Assembly: GCF_001194135.2 (NCBI RefSeq)
Contig: NC_068996.1
Span: 7,804,085 to 7,848,343, forward strand
Source: Octopus bimaculoides
Taxonomy: Eukaryota
Direction: 5' to 3'
DNA: 44,259 nt
Positions within the stretch are counted from its first letter, which is position 1. Every line of letters starts with the position of its first letter. The notes below the pieces were generated by a model. The model was not told the DNA's origin, searched no databases, and saw only the letters and a program-made list of their open reading frames with translations. A program made the position numbers and the translations under genes. Shown piece after piece: positions 21,550 through 33,226 of the stretch.

Positions 21550-22850
21550 AACTTGCACATTCAAGTGCTACCAGTCGAGAACTCCGCATACCGGAAGCCA
21601 GCAAGTGTATGGGGCCATCAGGAGAGGATGCGAGCCATTTTGGGGCCTACCTTTCGACAGCATCAATGCGCACCGACCCCACCTCACTGATGAGGCCCTG
21701 CTTGCTAGATCAACTGGTTATTAAATATAGCCCCATAATTCTCTAGCCATTGCTCATCTCTTTTTAACCAAATCTAGTGGCTAGCCTTCTCCACTGTAGT
21801 TTGTATATCGGTCATGGCGGTATTTACCTCACGATGAGTTAGGCCTAATGATAACAGTTGTCTCACACTATGTCCAACAAACCCTCTACATCCAACTTCC
21901 ATTGGAAAATGTTCCGCTTTCCAGCCTGAGTCTTCACATTCGTTGAGGAGGTTTACATAACAGTCAAACTTTTGAGCCCGCGCAGCGTCCACATTATCTT
22001 CATGAGGAACCGTTAACTCGACTAGATTCACAACTTTCCTTCTTTCACACCACATTAAAATGTCAGGTTTTTCCGTAACTGGGATGGGAAAGAATGCCTG
22101 GCACCCAGGCAAATCTGCAGTCACTTCTCAATAGTCGTTCCACTTTTCATCGCTCATAGGATGTTTGTTGCTGTTCTTGAAACAGATCCACTGACCTGAG
22201 CGCATGAAGGTTATGAAATCTCTAGTTGGTACTTTCAACAGTTTTTTCTCAGTGTTGTTGAGATGAATTTGGTTCTTCATAGCATTGAAGATAACCTTAA
22301 GGACCAGGTTGTGTCTCCATGTATACTTGTTCAATGCCAATGAACAGCTGGAAAGAATATGTTTCAGTGTTCCAACCTTTCCACATTTGCATATGTCATT
22401 CTCTGAGACATTCCATCTTACTAGAATTGTAGGTGATGGCAAAATATCATAGGATGAACAAATCAGAAAACTTAGCCGAGATGTGGTCCACTTCCATATC
22501 TCATCCCAACTTATTTTCCTCTCAACAACATGTTCCTCCCATCTCGTCATCTGTCCTTGTTAAATACATCAGATCAAATGATGCTCTCTTCTCTGCTTCT
22601 CTTGTTTTGATGCTGTTGCTAATAACAGATCTGCGTTCGCTCCAAATCATACTTGCAAACGGTCTGAACTGATTTGCACCAAAATCAAGTCCTCTCCGAT
22701 GGTTTTGTATTGCACCTACCATATCTTTGTTTGTAAGATAAGATGTCATCAGTTTCTGCTTCTGCTTTCCATTCCTGGCTGTTTTCACCTCTGGTGGGTT
22801 ACACCTGATTTCCATGTCCTTTGATTCTCTCAGCATAATGATGGAAGGTG
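21550..22850 (-). mobile_element. Hero-like non-LTR retrotransposon E, 5'-truncated 3' end
   Basis: MTRWEEHVVERKISWDEIWK, CKCGKVGTLKHILSSC...WRHNLVL (CCHC) and KPDILMWCE...VELTVPHEDNV...PMEVGCRGFVG (REL endonuclease), followed by a GC-richer 3' UTR at ~21550-21770. Confidence 0.9.
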
Positions 22851-23474
22851 TCCAAAAACAACAAAATGCAAGGGCATTATATCACAACATAATAAAAGAA
22901 TTTTACAGCAAAATTGGTGATTGGTCTCCAATCTGGAATGTGCATTTATTAAAGAGAAGGATATCTAACATGCAAAAATAGCTTAATATATCATGAAAAT
23001 CAGCCATTTATTCTAGCACTTTATAGAACCACAATATTAGCTAAAATACATGACACACATGAGCATTCAACACGGCTGTGTTTAGTGGCCTGAGTTGGCT
23101 TACTCAGCAGAGAAGTTTGTCAAATCTGACAGTTGCCAGAATGTTAGGCCAGATTTAGTAAAGACAAATGATTCATGGCCTATTTCTGACCCTGGGAACG
23201 TGTGCATATGGATTGGGCATATGTATCAAACATCGGTAATGTACTTGCAATAGTTGATGCCTATTCAACATAGATCGAGGCATTTTTGTATCCTAATCGC
23301 TCAATTGAGACCGAAAAAGCAAGTTGCCTGAGGTCTTCACTCTTTTCTGTGTGTCCACAGCTTTAGTACTGGACAACAGGCCTGAATTTGTTGCATTAAA
23401 GAATATGTTATCATTGGGTTTCAGGAAAATTGAGACACTTGCTTACAGTCTGGCATCTAATGGATTATCTAGAT

Positions 23475-23803
23475 CGGGGGTTCTGAACCATTCTTTTACC
23501 AATAGACCCCTTCAATTATTTTATCCTGGTGGATCCTAATCGCCATTTGATATTTTAAATCTATGTTTATGTAACTGTTTTGCAAGATTCCTGATGTGAA
23601 ACTAACTTCTTTCTATACCTAAGTCTAGTTTAAATTATGCAAAATGTGAGAGAAAGAAATGTTTTCTGCAAGGAAAAAAATTCAAGGCAAAATTTTTTCA
23701 GAGATGCTTAAAATACTATTGTGGAGCCCCCCAAATCTTACATGGACCCTCAGGGGCCATATGGACCCTTAGGGACCATATGGACCTTGGTTGTGAACCA
23801 CTG
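23475..23803. mobile_element. hAT (Charlie-like) MITE, 329 bp
   Basis: Perfect 8-bp TSD ATCTAGAT (23467-23474 and 23804-23811). Termini are CGGGGGTTCTGAACC ... GGTTGTGAACCACTG. Confidence 0.85.
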
Positions 23804-23810
23804 ATCTAGA

Positions 23811-24022
23811 TTAACTGTTTAAGTTTTAAATCAATCATAACTAACCCAGGTATTCTACCTGTTTTTATGTTCAATCCTCCAGATCCAGTCTCAATCTACT
23901 CTACAATGTCAGTTTAAAAATAAATGCATCATTGAAATCTTAAAGCTACCAAATCATGCATAATTCAAAAGAATGGTGAATAAGCATCACAAGTTACAGT
24001 AATCAGAACATTTAAGGTTTAG
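23811..24022. mobile_element. Degenerate copy of the 19992 piggyBac-type MITE
   Basis: Shares TATTCTACCTGTTTTTATGTTCAA...CCAGATC...CTACAAT...AAAAAT...AAATCT...AGCTAC in the same order. Confidence 0.45.
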
Positions 24023-24590
24023 ATTTGTTGCCATTTTGGCTAACAAGCACTACCATATTACATTGAACAGAAAAAAGTGTGCAGGCATAAGAGAATGACT
24101 TAAAGAGGAAAAACAAAATGTGGGCAAATCAATCACACAACAATCTCCTTGGTTCTCAGAACCCATATAAAATTTCATCCACCCCACCACCTTTCAGAGA
24201 GGTATCCTCCATTTGAGAAGCAACAATACGGAGAAATGAAAGTAACATTCCAAATATGTTACAAAAATATCTCAAGCATTATGGTGGTAGAATTGGTAGA
24301 GATTAGACAAGTACCTCATCTTTGGTTATGTCCCTTTAAGCCTTTTTTTATTCATCCATATCAGCCTGGGTTGGATGGGTCTCGGTGTCCAACAACATGT
24401 CACACACTTTTATCCTATGGTACAAATAAGAGTTGTTTGATGGTTATTTCAGAATTGGTTGTAAATGCTGTTGGCCACTAAAAATACTAGCAACAAAATA
24501 AACCAGTCACTCCCTTTAATCATTTAGCAAACTCACAGTTGATGTCCCAAGCTTGGACGGACGGACACATACACACACTTCTTTTCAGAC

Positions 24591-24697
24591 ATAGGAGCAG
24601 TATGTTTGTGTGGCAAAATGTTTACTTCTCAACCACATGATCACAGGTTCAGTCCTATTGTGGGGCACCTCAGGCAAGTGACTTCTATAGCCCCAAG
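24591..24697 (+). mobile_element. tRNA-derived SINE 5' fragment
   Basis: TAGGAGCAG...GTGTGGCAAAA...CAACCACATG...GGTTCAGTCC...GGCACCTCAGGCAAGTG is the same family as 1-281. Confidence 0.65.
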
Positions 24698-25327
24698 TTC
24701 CAAATACCAGCCAAATGACATTTTATTACATTCATTATTTTCAAAATTGAAGCAATTTCAAAATTAATTGAAAGGCAATGTATTTCAATAGAAATATTGT
24801 AATCAAAGAGTTAATCCACCACTTCACTAATTCTGGAAACCACTGTCCTTAATACAAAGAACAAAAGCGGTACAATTTAGAAAACGCCAAACAAATATAA
24901 GATATTTAGTTTGTACCTTGTTTGCTTTAGTAATAAAAGCAAACAAGGTTCACACTAAACATAGGTGTTAAAATTGGATGCCAACTGAGATTTACACGAC
25001 CTTAAAGGTAATTTCCATTTAATTTCCAATTAGCACCTGTGAAAATATCAGGATAAGGAAAAATATACTTGCAGAAAGCAATTATATAAAGTAGTGGTAT
25101 ACCAAACAATAAGAATTGCCAGTAGTATTAGTAATAAAGTTTGGAACTGAGCCAAACTCAATCAGCTTGGCTACTACCTGTACAAACTATTCTGCTTCTG
25201 TTAAGTGGTTACTTTGTATAACAAGCAAAGCTTATTTTCTTCTTACACATAGCAAAATAATCTATAACATCAATCAAGTGTATTTTTATTTTTTCAAGAT
25301 GAAGAGAGAAAGCGTATTAATTATGTA

Positions 25328-25439
<112 letters not shown>

Positions 25440-26504
25440 AATGATTTTAAAGAAATATTTATAACTGGTGGGAGTGGAGGTGATTATTTAAAGAAATCAA
25501 TCCTGCAACATGGCTGGATTCAGGTCACAGACTGGAAAGACAACATATCTGAACAATATCAAATAACTGGCCTTTACTGAATAAGGAGCACATTAAGTAT
25601 TATTTATCTAAAACTAGTTACACATACACACATATATACACATAACTACATATATGTGAAAGAGAGACAGAAAGATGATGGGCATAACTTGATACTATTT
25701 TATTCCAATTATCACACGTTTTCAGCAACATGTCACGGTAGATGCAACCAGATGCAGCTCATAAGGCCAGCATGGAGCAAATATTGTCAAAAAATCAAAA
25801 GCTGTGAGTATAATGTGATTAACATTTGAGTAGAAACCTACATGGTTTAATTGTCATGTTGAATACATTCAATCATATACCCCATCATGTGTGTGTGCGC
25901 ACATGTCATTTCAAGAAACAGATAGGCTTCAAGTATTTATGACATGTAATAGAATCACATAGTCAAATCTGATTAAAAGATTATATAGAAGTAAATAGCA
26001 TATATGTTTACACATATTGAATGATTACATATATATAGTATAGCTAAACATTGCACATAGAGATATAATGTTTTTATACATGAGGAGAAAACAATTACCC
26101 TAAGAAAAAATAGTTTTACATAGGTCCAAATTTGGAAATTCAGTGGGGTACAGTTGATCATAGGACTCAGTCTTTCAACGGTTCATTTCATTTCATCAAC
26201 CCCCACGAAAAGGTAGAACGTAACTAAGATAAGAGCTTATAATAAAGTATATACTACAATGCATATCATCTGATTATGAAGTAATTTTGCCAATTTTAAA
26301 TGACAGTTTGGCATTACATTAGCATAAATATTCAATTCAAAAATATTAGATAGAAAACAGAATATTGCTTATAACCACTTAGCGAAATATTTCAGTGTGG
26401 TTATTTGTGTTAGAAAACTTCAGATAAGAGACGAAAATGTTTTTGATCTTTATCATTTAGCAAATGTTTCAGTCATTGCACTGTGACCATGCTGGGGCAC
26501 CACA

Positions 26505-27264
26505 TTGAAAGGTTTTAATGGAACAAATGAACCCTAATACAGTTCTAACACCACTAAAACTAACCTTATGGATGCGATATGTTGATGACACCCTCATACT
26601 CTGGCCCCACCAGGAAGATGTCCAAGTGCTGTTAGATCATGTGAACTCAATAAAGCCATCCATACAGTTCACAATGGAAAAGAAAAAAGACAATCAGCTA
26701 GCACTCCTGGATGTATTACTAACACGCACCAAGTATGGATTCAGGATATCCGTATACCGCATGCCAACCTTCACTGGATGATACCTCAACTCCCACCATC
26801 CATACAGTGTAAAGAGAGGGATTGTTCAGTGCCTAAAATAGATACCCACTATGAAAAAATGATCAAGCTCAGTAACAATCTATTAAGCAACAACTACCCC
26901 AAAAGCATACACTCCACTCCAATTATGAAGAAAAGAAAGGATGAAACCGATAAACTGTCCACAGTCCATTTACCCTATGTGAAAGGTCTCTCTGAAATGA
27001 TACAAAAGATATGCGGTCCATATGACATAAGGACAGTATTCAAAAGTAATACAACACTTCACAAAAATGAAGACCACTTCCCCCTGTGGGATGAAGTTAA
27101 AATAATAGACAGAGAACAACACTGGAAAATACAAAAACTAAAAGAAGCAGCACATATGCTGTGACAACGACCTCCTAAGCAGACCGAGTAAAGGTATGAA
27201 TAGCATATGGGAACTGGTATTAAGGATAGGAGAATATTAGAATTATAAGCGCTAAAATTCACTC
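26505..27264 (+). mobile_element. Penelope-like element 3' fragment (RT core C-half plus end of the GIY-YIG region, internally deleted)
   Basis: WMRYVDDTLILW, NSIKPSIQFTME, LLDVLL, VYRMPTFTG, LPYVKGLSEMIQKI...IRTVFKSNTTL, and HFPLWDEVKIIDREQHWKIQKLKEAAHM (typical PLE endonuclease C-terminus). Confidence 0.85.
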
Positions 27265-27500
27265 CATAATTGCCCACAGGCATATGGCATAGCAGTTAAG
27301 AGCGCAGGCTACTAACCCCAAGATTCCAAGTTTAATTCCAGGCAGTGACCTGAATATTAATAATAATAATAATAACAACATCAAAAAATACCTTAGAAAT
27401 TTCCACTAAGACACCTGATGAAGGCTGGAGAGTATATCAGCCGATACGTTGTGTGAACAAACAAGATGACAACAAATATCCTTCAAATGTAAATAATCAA
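27265..27500 (+). mobile_element. tRNA-headed, (AAT)n-containing, HHR-bearing module directly downstream of the PLE
   Basis: A-box-like TGGCATAGCAGTTAAG (27285-27300), anticodon-arm-like GCAGG-CTACTAA-CCCC, degenerate B-box (AAGTTTAATTCC), (AAT)n, then the HHR. A second copy is at 40780-40988. Confidence 0.7.
27410..27455 (+). ncRNA. Minimal type I hammerhead ribozyme motif (A14 mutated, probably inactive copy)
   Basis: Stem I ACAC/GTGT; CTGATGA 27415-27421 plus an extra A; stem II GGCTG/CAGCC with a 10-nt loop; GATA in place of GAAA (27443-27446); loopless palindromic stem III ACGT; site GTT. Confidence 0.6.
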
Positions 27501-27609
27501 CCCTAACACTTATTTTAAGGTCTAGTATTTATACTAGCTTTTTTTTTTGTTTGTTTTTGCCATAAACCAACACCCAAGTGTCAAGCACGTGTGTGTATGT
27601 GTGTGTGAG

Positions 27610-27690
27610 AGAAAGAGACAGGCTGCTTTCAATTTCCGTCCACCAAATCCACTCAAATAGCCATGGTCAGTCCAGGGCTTTATTAGGAGT
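27610..27690 (-). mobile_element. SINE core fragment
   Basis: GGCTGCTTTCAATTTCCGTCCACCAAATCCACTC is similar to 125-150. Confidence 0.55.
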
Positions 27691-30600
27691 TGTGGTGAAA
27701 TCCTGACACTCCTGTAAAATAGCAAGTGAACTGTCCTAAACCTAAAAATGCCGCATGCATGCTGACAGTGCAACGTAGTGTGGCACATGCGGTCGCATTT
27801 GTAAAGGCAGTCGTAGAAGTTCTTGAGAAGAGATATAAGTTTGTTACGTGTTTGTTACTGATTTAGTGTTTGTAGTCTTATAACACTGTTACAGTGTAGT
27901 CTATATCTAAAGTCAAGGATATAAGAGTGGTGATGAGACGACATTCAAAGTTCACTGTGGACATTCTTAGCATGGAAGACCTATTAGCTTCCATGGTACA
28001 GTTGCAACAGCAACTACAACAAAATCAACAGGTACAACAATAACAGCAAACTCAACAGTTGTTGGAATTATTGTTGCAGTTCAAAAACACTTCAGGTTTG
28101 TTCAAGGCAGACACGGTTGCTAATTCAACTGAAGAAATTTATAATTCAGAAGGGATTACGTTTTCTGCATACTTCTGAAGGTATGAAGGAATCTTCAAAG
28201 AATGTAGAAACTGGACGGACAAAAAGGTACAGCTTCTTTTAAGGAAATTATCACCTGCAGAACATGTAAAGTATTGGAATTACACCCTACCGAGAAAACC
28301 CATCCGAAATTTGTTTCAAGAAAACAACCTGTTATCTAAAATATTCAGTGAAAGAAGTTCACTGTTTAATATTTGCTGGGAGTGTTTGAATTTAAGAAAA
28401 AAATGAAATTGAAGATTTTGTCATGTATACCGGAATTGTAAACAGAGAATGTGAAAAATTTAAACTAAGCGAATTAACCCAGACATGTACAAGGATTAAC
28501 TGTAAGCAAAGATGCAGAGATATGGGCTCAGATATTGACAAAACTAGAACAAGATTCAAAACTAACTCTACAGGCAATAGCTGAAGAATGCCAAAGGATT
28601 ATAAATTTACAACAGGATGCAGAAACAAATTGGAAAAAATTATTCAAATATACAGATGTGTCGACCTGTAATAGATAAGAAAAGAAAAACAACAGTCAAG
28701 ACCTGAACCATGCTATGAGTGTGGAGAAAAACATTTTAAAAGAAACTGTCCTTTTAAAAATCTAAAATGTTGTGGATGTGGAAAAATCGGACATAAGAAT
28801 TCACATAGTTGGGCGAAGCAAAAAAGGTTGAATGAAAAATATTCAAGAAAAAAGTATTGTCAACACAAATGCAAAGAGAGACACCAAAAAAAACAAAAAA
28901 ATGTGTCTCCATAAAAATAAATGTGAATGCAAAACTACAGTTGGATACAGGTAGTGATATCACAATAATTAACAAGGATGCATGGAGAAAAATAGGAAAG
29001 TCGACATTGAAGAAACTTTGAAAATTGCGCGAGGTATTTCAGGGAAACAATTGCAATTTTGGGGCAAAATAAACAAGGTGACATTTCGCAGAAAAACTTT
29101 GAAAGCCAAAGATTTTGTATTAAAAAATACAAGCCTTAGCACAGATTGGATGGAATTATTTAATTTATGGGACCTCCTCATAAATGTTTTTTTGTAATAA
29201 TGTAAACAGTTCTTATGCCAGTTCAAATAAGGCATCGGAGGATTTAAAAAAGAAATTAAAGATTTTTTCCTCATGTTTTTTCTGAAGAATTAGGTAGGTG
29301 CACCAAGACAAAAGTAAAATTTCAAATGAAAGAAAACGCTGTACTGGTATTTAAACCAAAGTGAGTTGTACCTTTCACAACACTGAATTAAGTCAATGAG
29401 GAATTGGATAGACTTGAAAAGCTTGGAGTTATAGCAAAAATTAATTATTCAGAATGGGCATCACCAACTGTTTATGTAAAGAAAAAAAAATACAAGTGTA
29501 TGCTGACTTTTCAACAGGCTTGAACGACTGTTTAATGACATACTATTACCCATTACCAATTCCAGAGGAAATTTTTGCAAAAATCAATGGAGGAAAATTT
29601 TTTTTCAATGTTGGACTTGTCAGAGGCATATCAACAGTTACAAGTGGAAGAGGAATGTTCGAAATTATTAACGATAAACACCCAATAAAGGTTTATATGA
29701 ATTCATTCAACTTCCTTTTGGGATAAAGATGGCACCTAGTCTTTTCCAACAGGTGATGGACAACTATTCTTGCGGATACGGATTTCGCTATAGCTTACTT
29801 GGATGACATACTCATAAAAAGTGAGTCTCAAGGCCAACGTGAAGAACATGTTAAAAAGGGCTTTGGAAGAATAAAAGAGTATGGATTTAAACTTAGCAAA
29901 GAAAAATGCAAATTTTTTATGCCAAAAATAAAGTTTCTAGGGCGAGTTATTGATAAAAATGGTCACAGACCAGTTCCTTCAAGATTGACTGCAATAAAAA
30001 ATATGCCTCCCCCTGAAAAAATTACATTACAAGCATTTTGGGGCTCGCAAACTATTACCAAACAAATATACTGAATATGCATGAACTAAGAGCACCCCTA
30101 AACGACCTATTGAAAAAAGATGTTAAATGGTATTAGTTGGACAGGTGCCAAAAAGCATTCAAAGAAATTTTAAAAGTTTTAACATTGGAACTGTCATTAT
30201 TGCATTTTGATCCAAATTTAGAAATATTAGTAGAATCAGATACTAGCAAAAGTGGTATAGGAGCAGTAATTTTACACAAGTACGAAAATGGTAGCCTAAA
30301 ACCCATCGCTCATGCTTCACGTTCATTGTTGGTGGCTGAAAAAAACTACAGCCAAATTGAGGAGGCATTAGTCATTATTTTTGCAGAGCAAAAATTTCAG
30401 ATTCATACATGGAAGGAAATTCAATCTGCAGACAGATCACTGCCCATTGTTATCAATTTATGGATTGAAAAAAGGGTATCCCCCACACATACAGCCAAAA
30501 CAATTGCAGTGCTAGAGGGACAATCCTGCTAAATTATGACAAAGATGGAATTTCTACCATCGAAAAAACTGGGACATGCGGATGGGCTGTCAAGATTGAT

Positions 30601-32265
30601 ACCTAAATACAATGAACTGTTAGATAACACAGTTAATAGCAGCATTAAAAGCTGACATCGAAATAATAAATATACTCTGCAACATAGTACACAAACTACC
30701 TGTCACTTTAGAAGAAATAAAAATCAAAGCAGAGAAAGATGAGTTCATAATAAAAATGAAAAAAATAGTGAAGTCAGAAATAAATACAAAACCTCATGTA
30801 GCCAAGCATAACAGTTTTGAAATGGCTAAGTGGTTAGAGCATCAAGCTTACAATTGTGAGGTTGTGAGTTCGACTCCCAGACCGGGCTGCATGTTGTGTT
30901 TTTGAGCAAGACTCTTTACTTCATATTACTCCAGTTCACTCATCTGTAGAAATGAGTTGTGATGTCACTAGTGCCAAGCTGTATAGGCCCTTGTCTTTCC
31001 CTAGGATGACATTGGTGGCATGGAGAGGGGAGGCTTGTATGCATGGGCAACTGCTAGTCTTCTATAAAAACAACCTTGGGTTGTGTGTTCACCAGTGAGG
31101 TGACTTTCTGCCCAGACTTGCACCCCCGGAGGGGAACCACTTAGATGTACCCATGGTCATTCGTGACTGACAGAGTAGAGTTTTTTTTACTTATGTACAC
31201 TGAGAGGGTTGTAATATCCATTTCTTTGCAAAATCGTACACTAAAAGAATTCCACATGAGACATCCAGGAATCACGAGAATGAAAGCACTGATGAGGAGC
31301 CACATTTACTATCTGAAGATAAATCAGGATATTGAAAAATTGGCAGCAAAAGCACCACTTATAAAAATTCAGCTTTGGTATAAGATTGACATACCTTGGT
31401 CCAGATTACACAGACTTCACAGGACCGTTAAATTGAGAGTATTATCTTATAGTTGTGGACAGTTACACGAAATGGTCAGAAATATATAAATGTAAGAAGC
31501 CAATTTCCAAAGTAACAATGGAATTTCTGGATGAACGTTTTGTATGATATGGTGTCCCGGACACAGTTCATGTTGAAGGAATTTATAAACTTTTGCAAAA
31601 TGCATGCAATGGAGCCTATTAATACTCTGCCATATCATCCAAGATCAAATGGACGAGCAGAACACTTTGTAGACACATTCAAGAGGGCCCTGAAAAAATC
31701 TAGGTATGAGCTACTAGCTGATGCTGCGTTGATGCAATTCTTAAGTGTCTACTGAATAACACCAACACCACTTCAGGTAGGTTGTCGGCTGAACTAATGT
31801 TTGCTAGGAAAGTCAGGTCAGTGATTGACAAATTACTACTGGGAAGAAAAGCAATGGAGAGAAACACCGAAAATAAGATGAAATACTTCAAAATCGGTGA
31901 CAAGGAGTGTTTTTTTTTTAAATATACAGAAATGGAAAAGAAAGTTGGGAGGGTATAATAAGTAAACATTTAGGAAAAATAATGTACATGGTAAAAAGTC
32001 ATACATGGGAACACAAAAGACATTTAAACCAACTGAAAGGAAGGTTTATGGAAGAAAGAATAAGACACAAAGAACCAATGAAATTTCTTTGATACTTTTG
32101 ATGTACCAGTACCTCAAGGAATAGTCAAACCAACAAGTACATCAACTAGGAAAAGAAAAACAGAACTTTTGCAAGCAAGTAGAGCCAAAACAAAAAAGAT
32201 GATCAAATTTCTTCCTGGGGAATTAAGTAAAAAAAAAAATCAGGGGGTGGGGGACGAGGTGGTAA
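27691..32265 (+). mobile_element. Ty3/Gypsy LTR retrotransposon, near full length and pseudogenised
   Basis: Putative 5' LTR 27691-27926 starting TGTGG; PBS-like TGGTGATGAG (27928-27937). Gag from ATG 27972 (MEDLLASMVQLQQQ) with zinc knuckles CYECGEKHFKRNC and CCGCGKIGH. Protease KLQLDTGSDITII; RT AYLDDILI; RNase H SDTSKSGIGAVILH...YSQIE; integrase HPGITRMKALMRS and NGRAEHFVDTFKRAL; PPT-like GGGGGTGGGGGACGAGG (32243-32259). Confidence 0.9.
30819..31143 (+). mobile_element. tRNA-derived SINE (second family) inserted in the Gypsy pol
   Basis: A-box TGGCTAAGTGGTTA and B-box GAGTTCGACTCCC. The core GAGCAAGAC...CTCCAGTTCACTCA resembles V/Meta-type SINE central domains (recalled). Gypsy coding sequence resumes on both sides. 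Confidence 0.8.
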
Positions 32266-32580
32266 TCTATATATATAAAAATGAGAATGTGTGTGTGTCT
32301 GTGAATCCCTAAAACTCGAGAACTACGCAACCAATTTCATTCAAATTTTACACATGTCTTACTTAGGGTTCCGGTTGTGTTTTAGTCAAAAAATTTTTTT
32401 AACTTCCTGCATAGTTCGAGCCCACAGCAACATCATATCTCCTCCACTAGTTAAGTATTACGTGTCAAAAGTGAAACAAAAACACTCATGTCAAATACTT
32501 TCACTTTAAAAATGAAACTATTCTAACTGAAACAATCACATTTTGATACTGTAATGACAAATACTTTCATTTTAATGGTG
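32266..32580 (+). mobile_element. Non-autonomous Helitron-like element, 5' end (full extent unclear; may span the gaps to ~34.2-35.0 kb)
   Basis: A|TCTATATATATAAAAATGAGAATG(TG)nTCTG...AACTACGCAACCAATTTCATTCAAATTTTACAC is typical of non-autonomous Helitron 5' ends (recalled). The internal segment 32385-32455 is repeated at 34150-34215. Confidence 0.5.
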
Positions 32581-33045
32581 TGTGTATGTATGTATATATA
32601 TATATNNNNNNNNNNNNNNNNNNNNNNNNNNNNNNNNNNNNNNNNNNNNNNNNNNNNNNNNNNNNNNNNNNNNNNNNNNNNNNNNNNNNNNNNNNNNNNT
32701 ATATACATATATATATATATATATACATATATATATACATATACAGAGAGAGAGAGAGAGAGAGAAAGAGAGAGGGAGAGAGAGAGAGAGAGAGAGAGAA
32801 AGAAAGAAAGAGAGAGAAAGAGAGAGAAAAAGAAAGAGAAAGAGAGAGAGATGTATATGTATACATATACATGTATATGGGCACGTATATGTATAGATAT
32901 ATATATAGATCTATATGCATACATGTATATGTATACATATGTGTAGATGTATATAGATAGGTGTACATCTAATATGTACACATATATAAATGCATACAGA
33001 TATCTATACATATATACACCCATACACACACAAACACACACATTA
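32575..33045. repeat. Compound (TA)/(GA)/(TATG) low-complexity block containing the N gap 32606-32699
   Basis: Seen directly in the sequence. Confidence 0.95.
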
Positions 33046-33226
33046 GTCATTTGTTTTCTTATCCAAAACTACGTCAAAAGTATTGAATGGATCTTTAAGA
33101 AATTTGGAAATTATATTCTATGCATAATGGCCATAACCCCCATGAAAATTCATATATTTTTGATGTTGATGAAATTTTAACCATACAGATTACACACAAA
33201 TAAAGTAATATTTCTAAAAAATTTTC

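Larger units (their letters stand above)
18830..23466 (+). mobile_element. Decayed Ty3/Gypsy LTR retrotransposon, interrupted by a piggyBac-type MITE, a Hero LINE and a hAT MITE
   Basis: Putative LTR end CAACA (19019) and PBS-like TAGTGACAAGGAT (19022-19034). Gag: LTLKQREEESINNF and a CCHC-like CNKCSKLRYFARFC. Protease: MKMDTGAACSIIP (~19843). RT/RNase H at 20330-21545: KVKDKLKRLEMMGI, KDGSLHMC, IDASL. Integrase at 22900-23460: PWERVHMDWAYV...IVDAYS...VLDNRPEF. Confidence 0.8.

Noticed and set aside
21687-21720. CTGATGAGGCC in the Hero 3' UTR region
   Set aside because: No GAAA or closing stem II follows, and it is antisense to the element.
25082-25177. Minus-strand VVAKLIEFGSVPNFITNTTGNS, superficially ankyrin-like
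   Set aside because: There are in-frame stops on both sides, the acceptor is weak, the TPLH motif is absent and no partner exons were found.
27278-27352. tRNA-like heads (also 30819-30885 and 40787-40850) as real tRNA genes
   Set aside because: The boxes and acceptor stems are degenerate and are attached to repeat bodies, so they are SINE-type heads.
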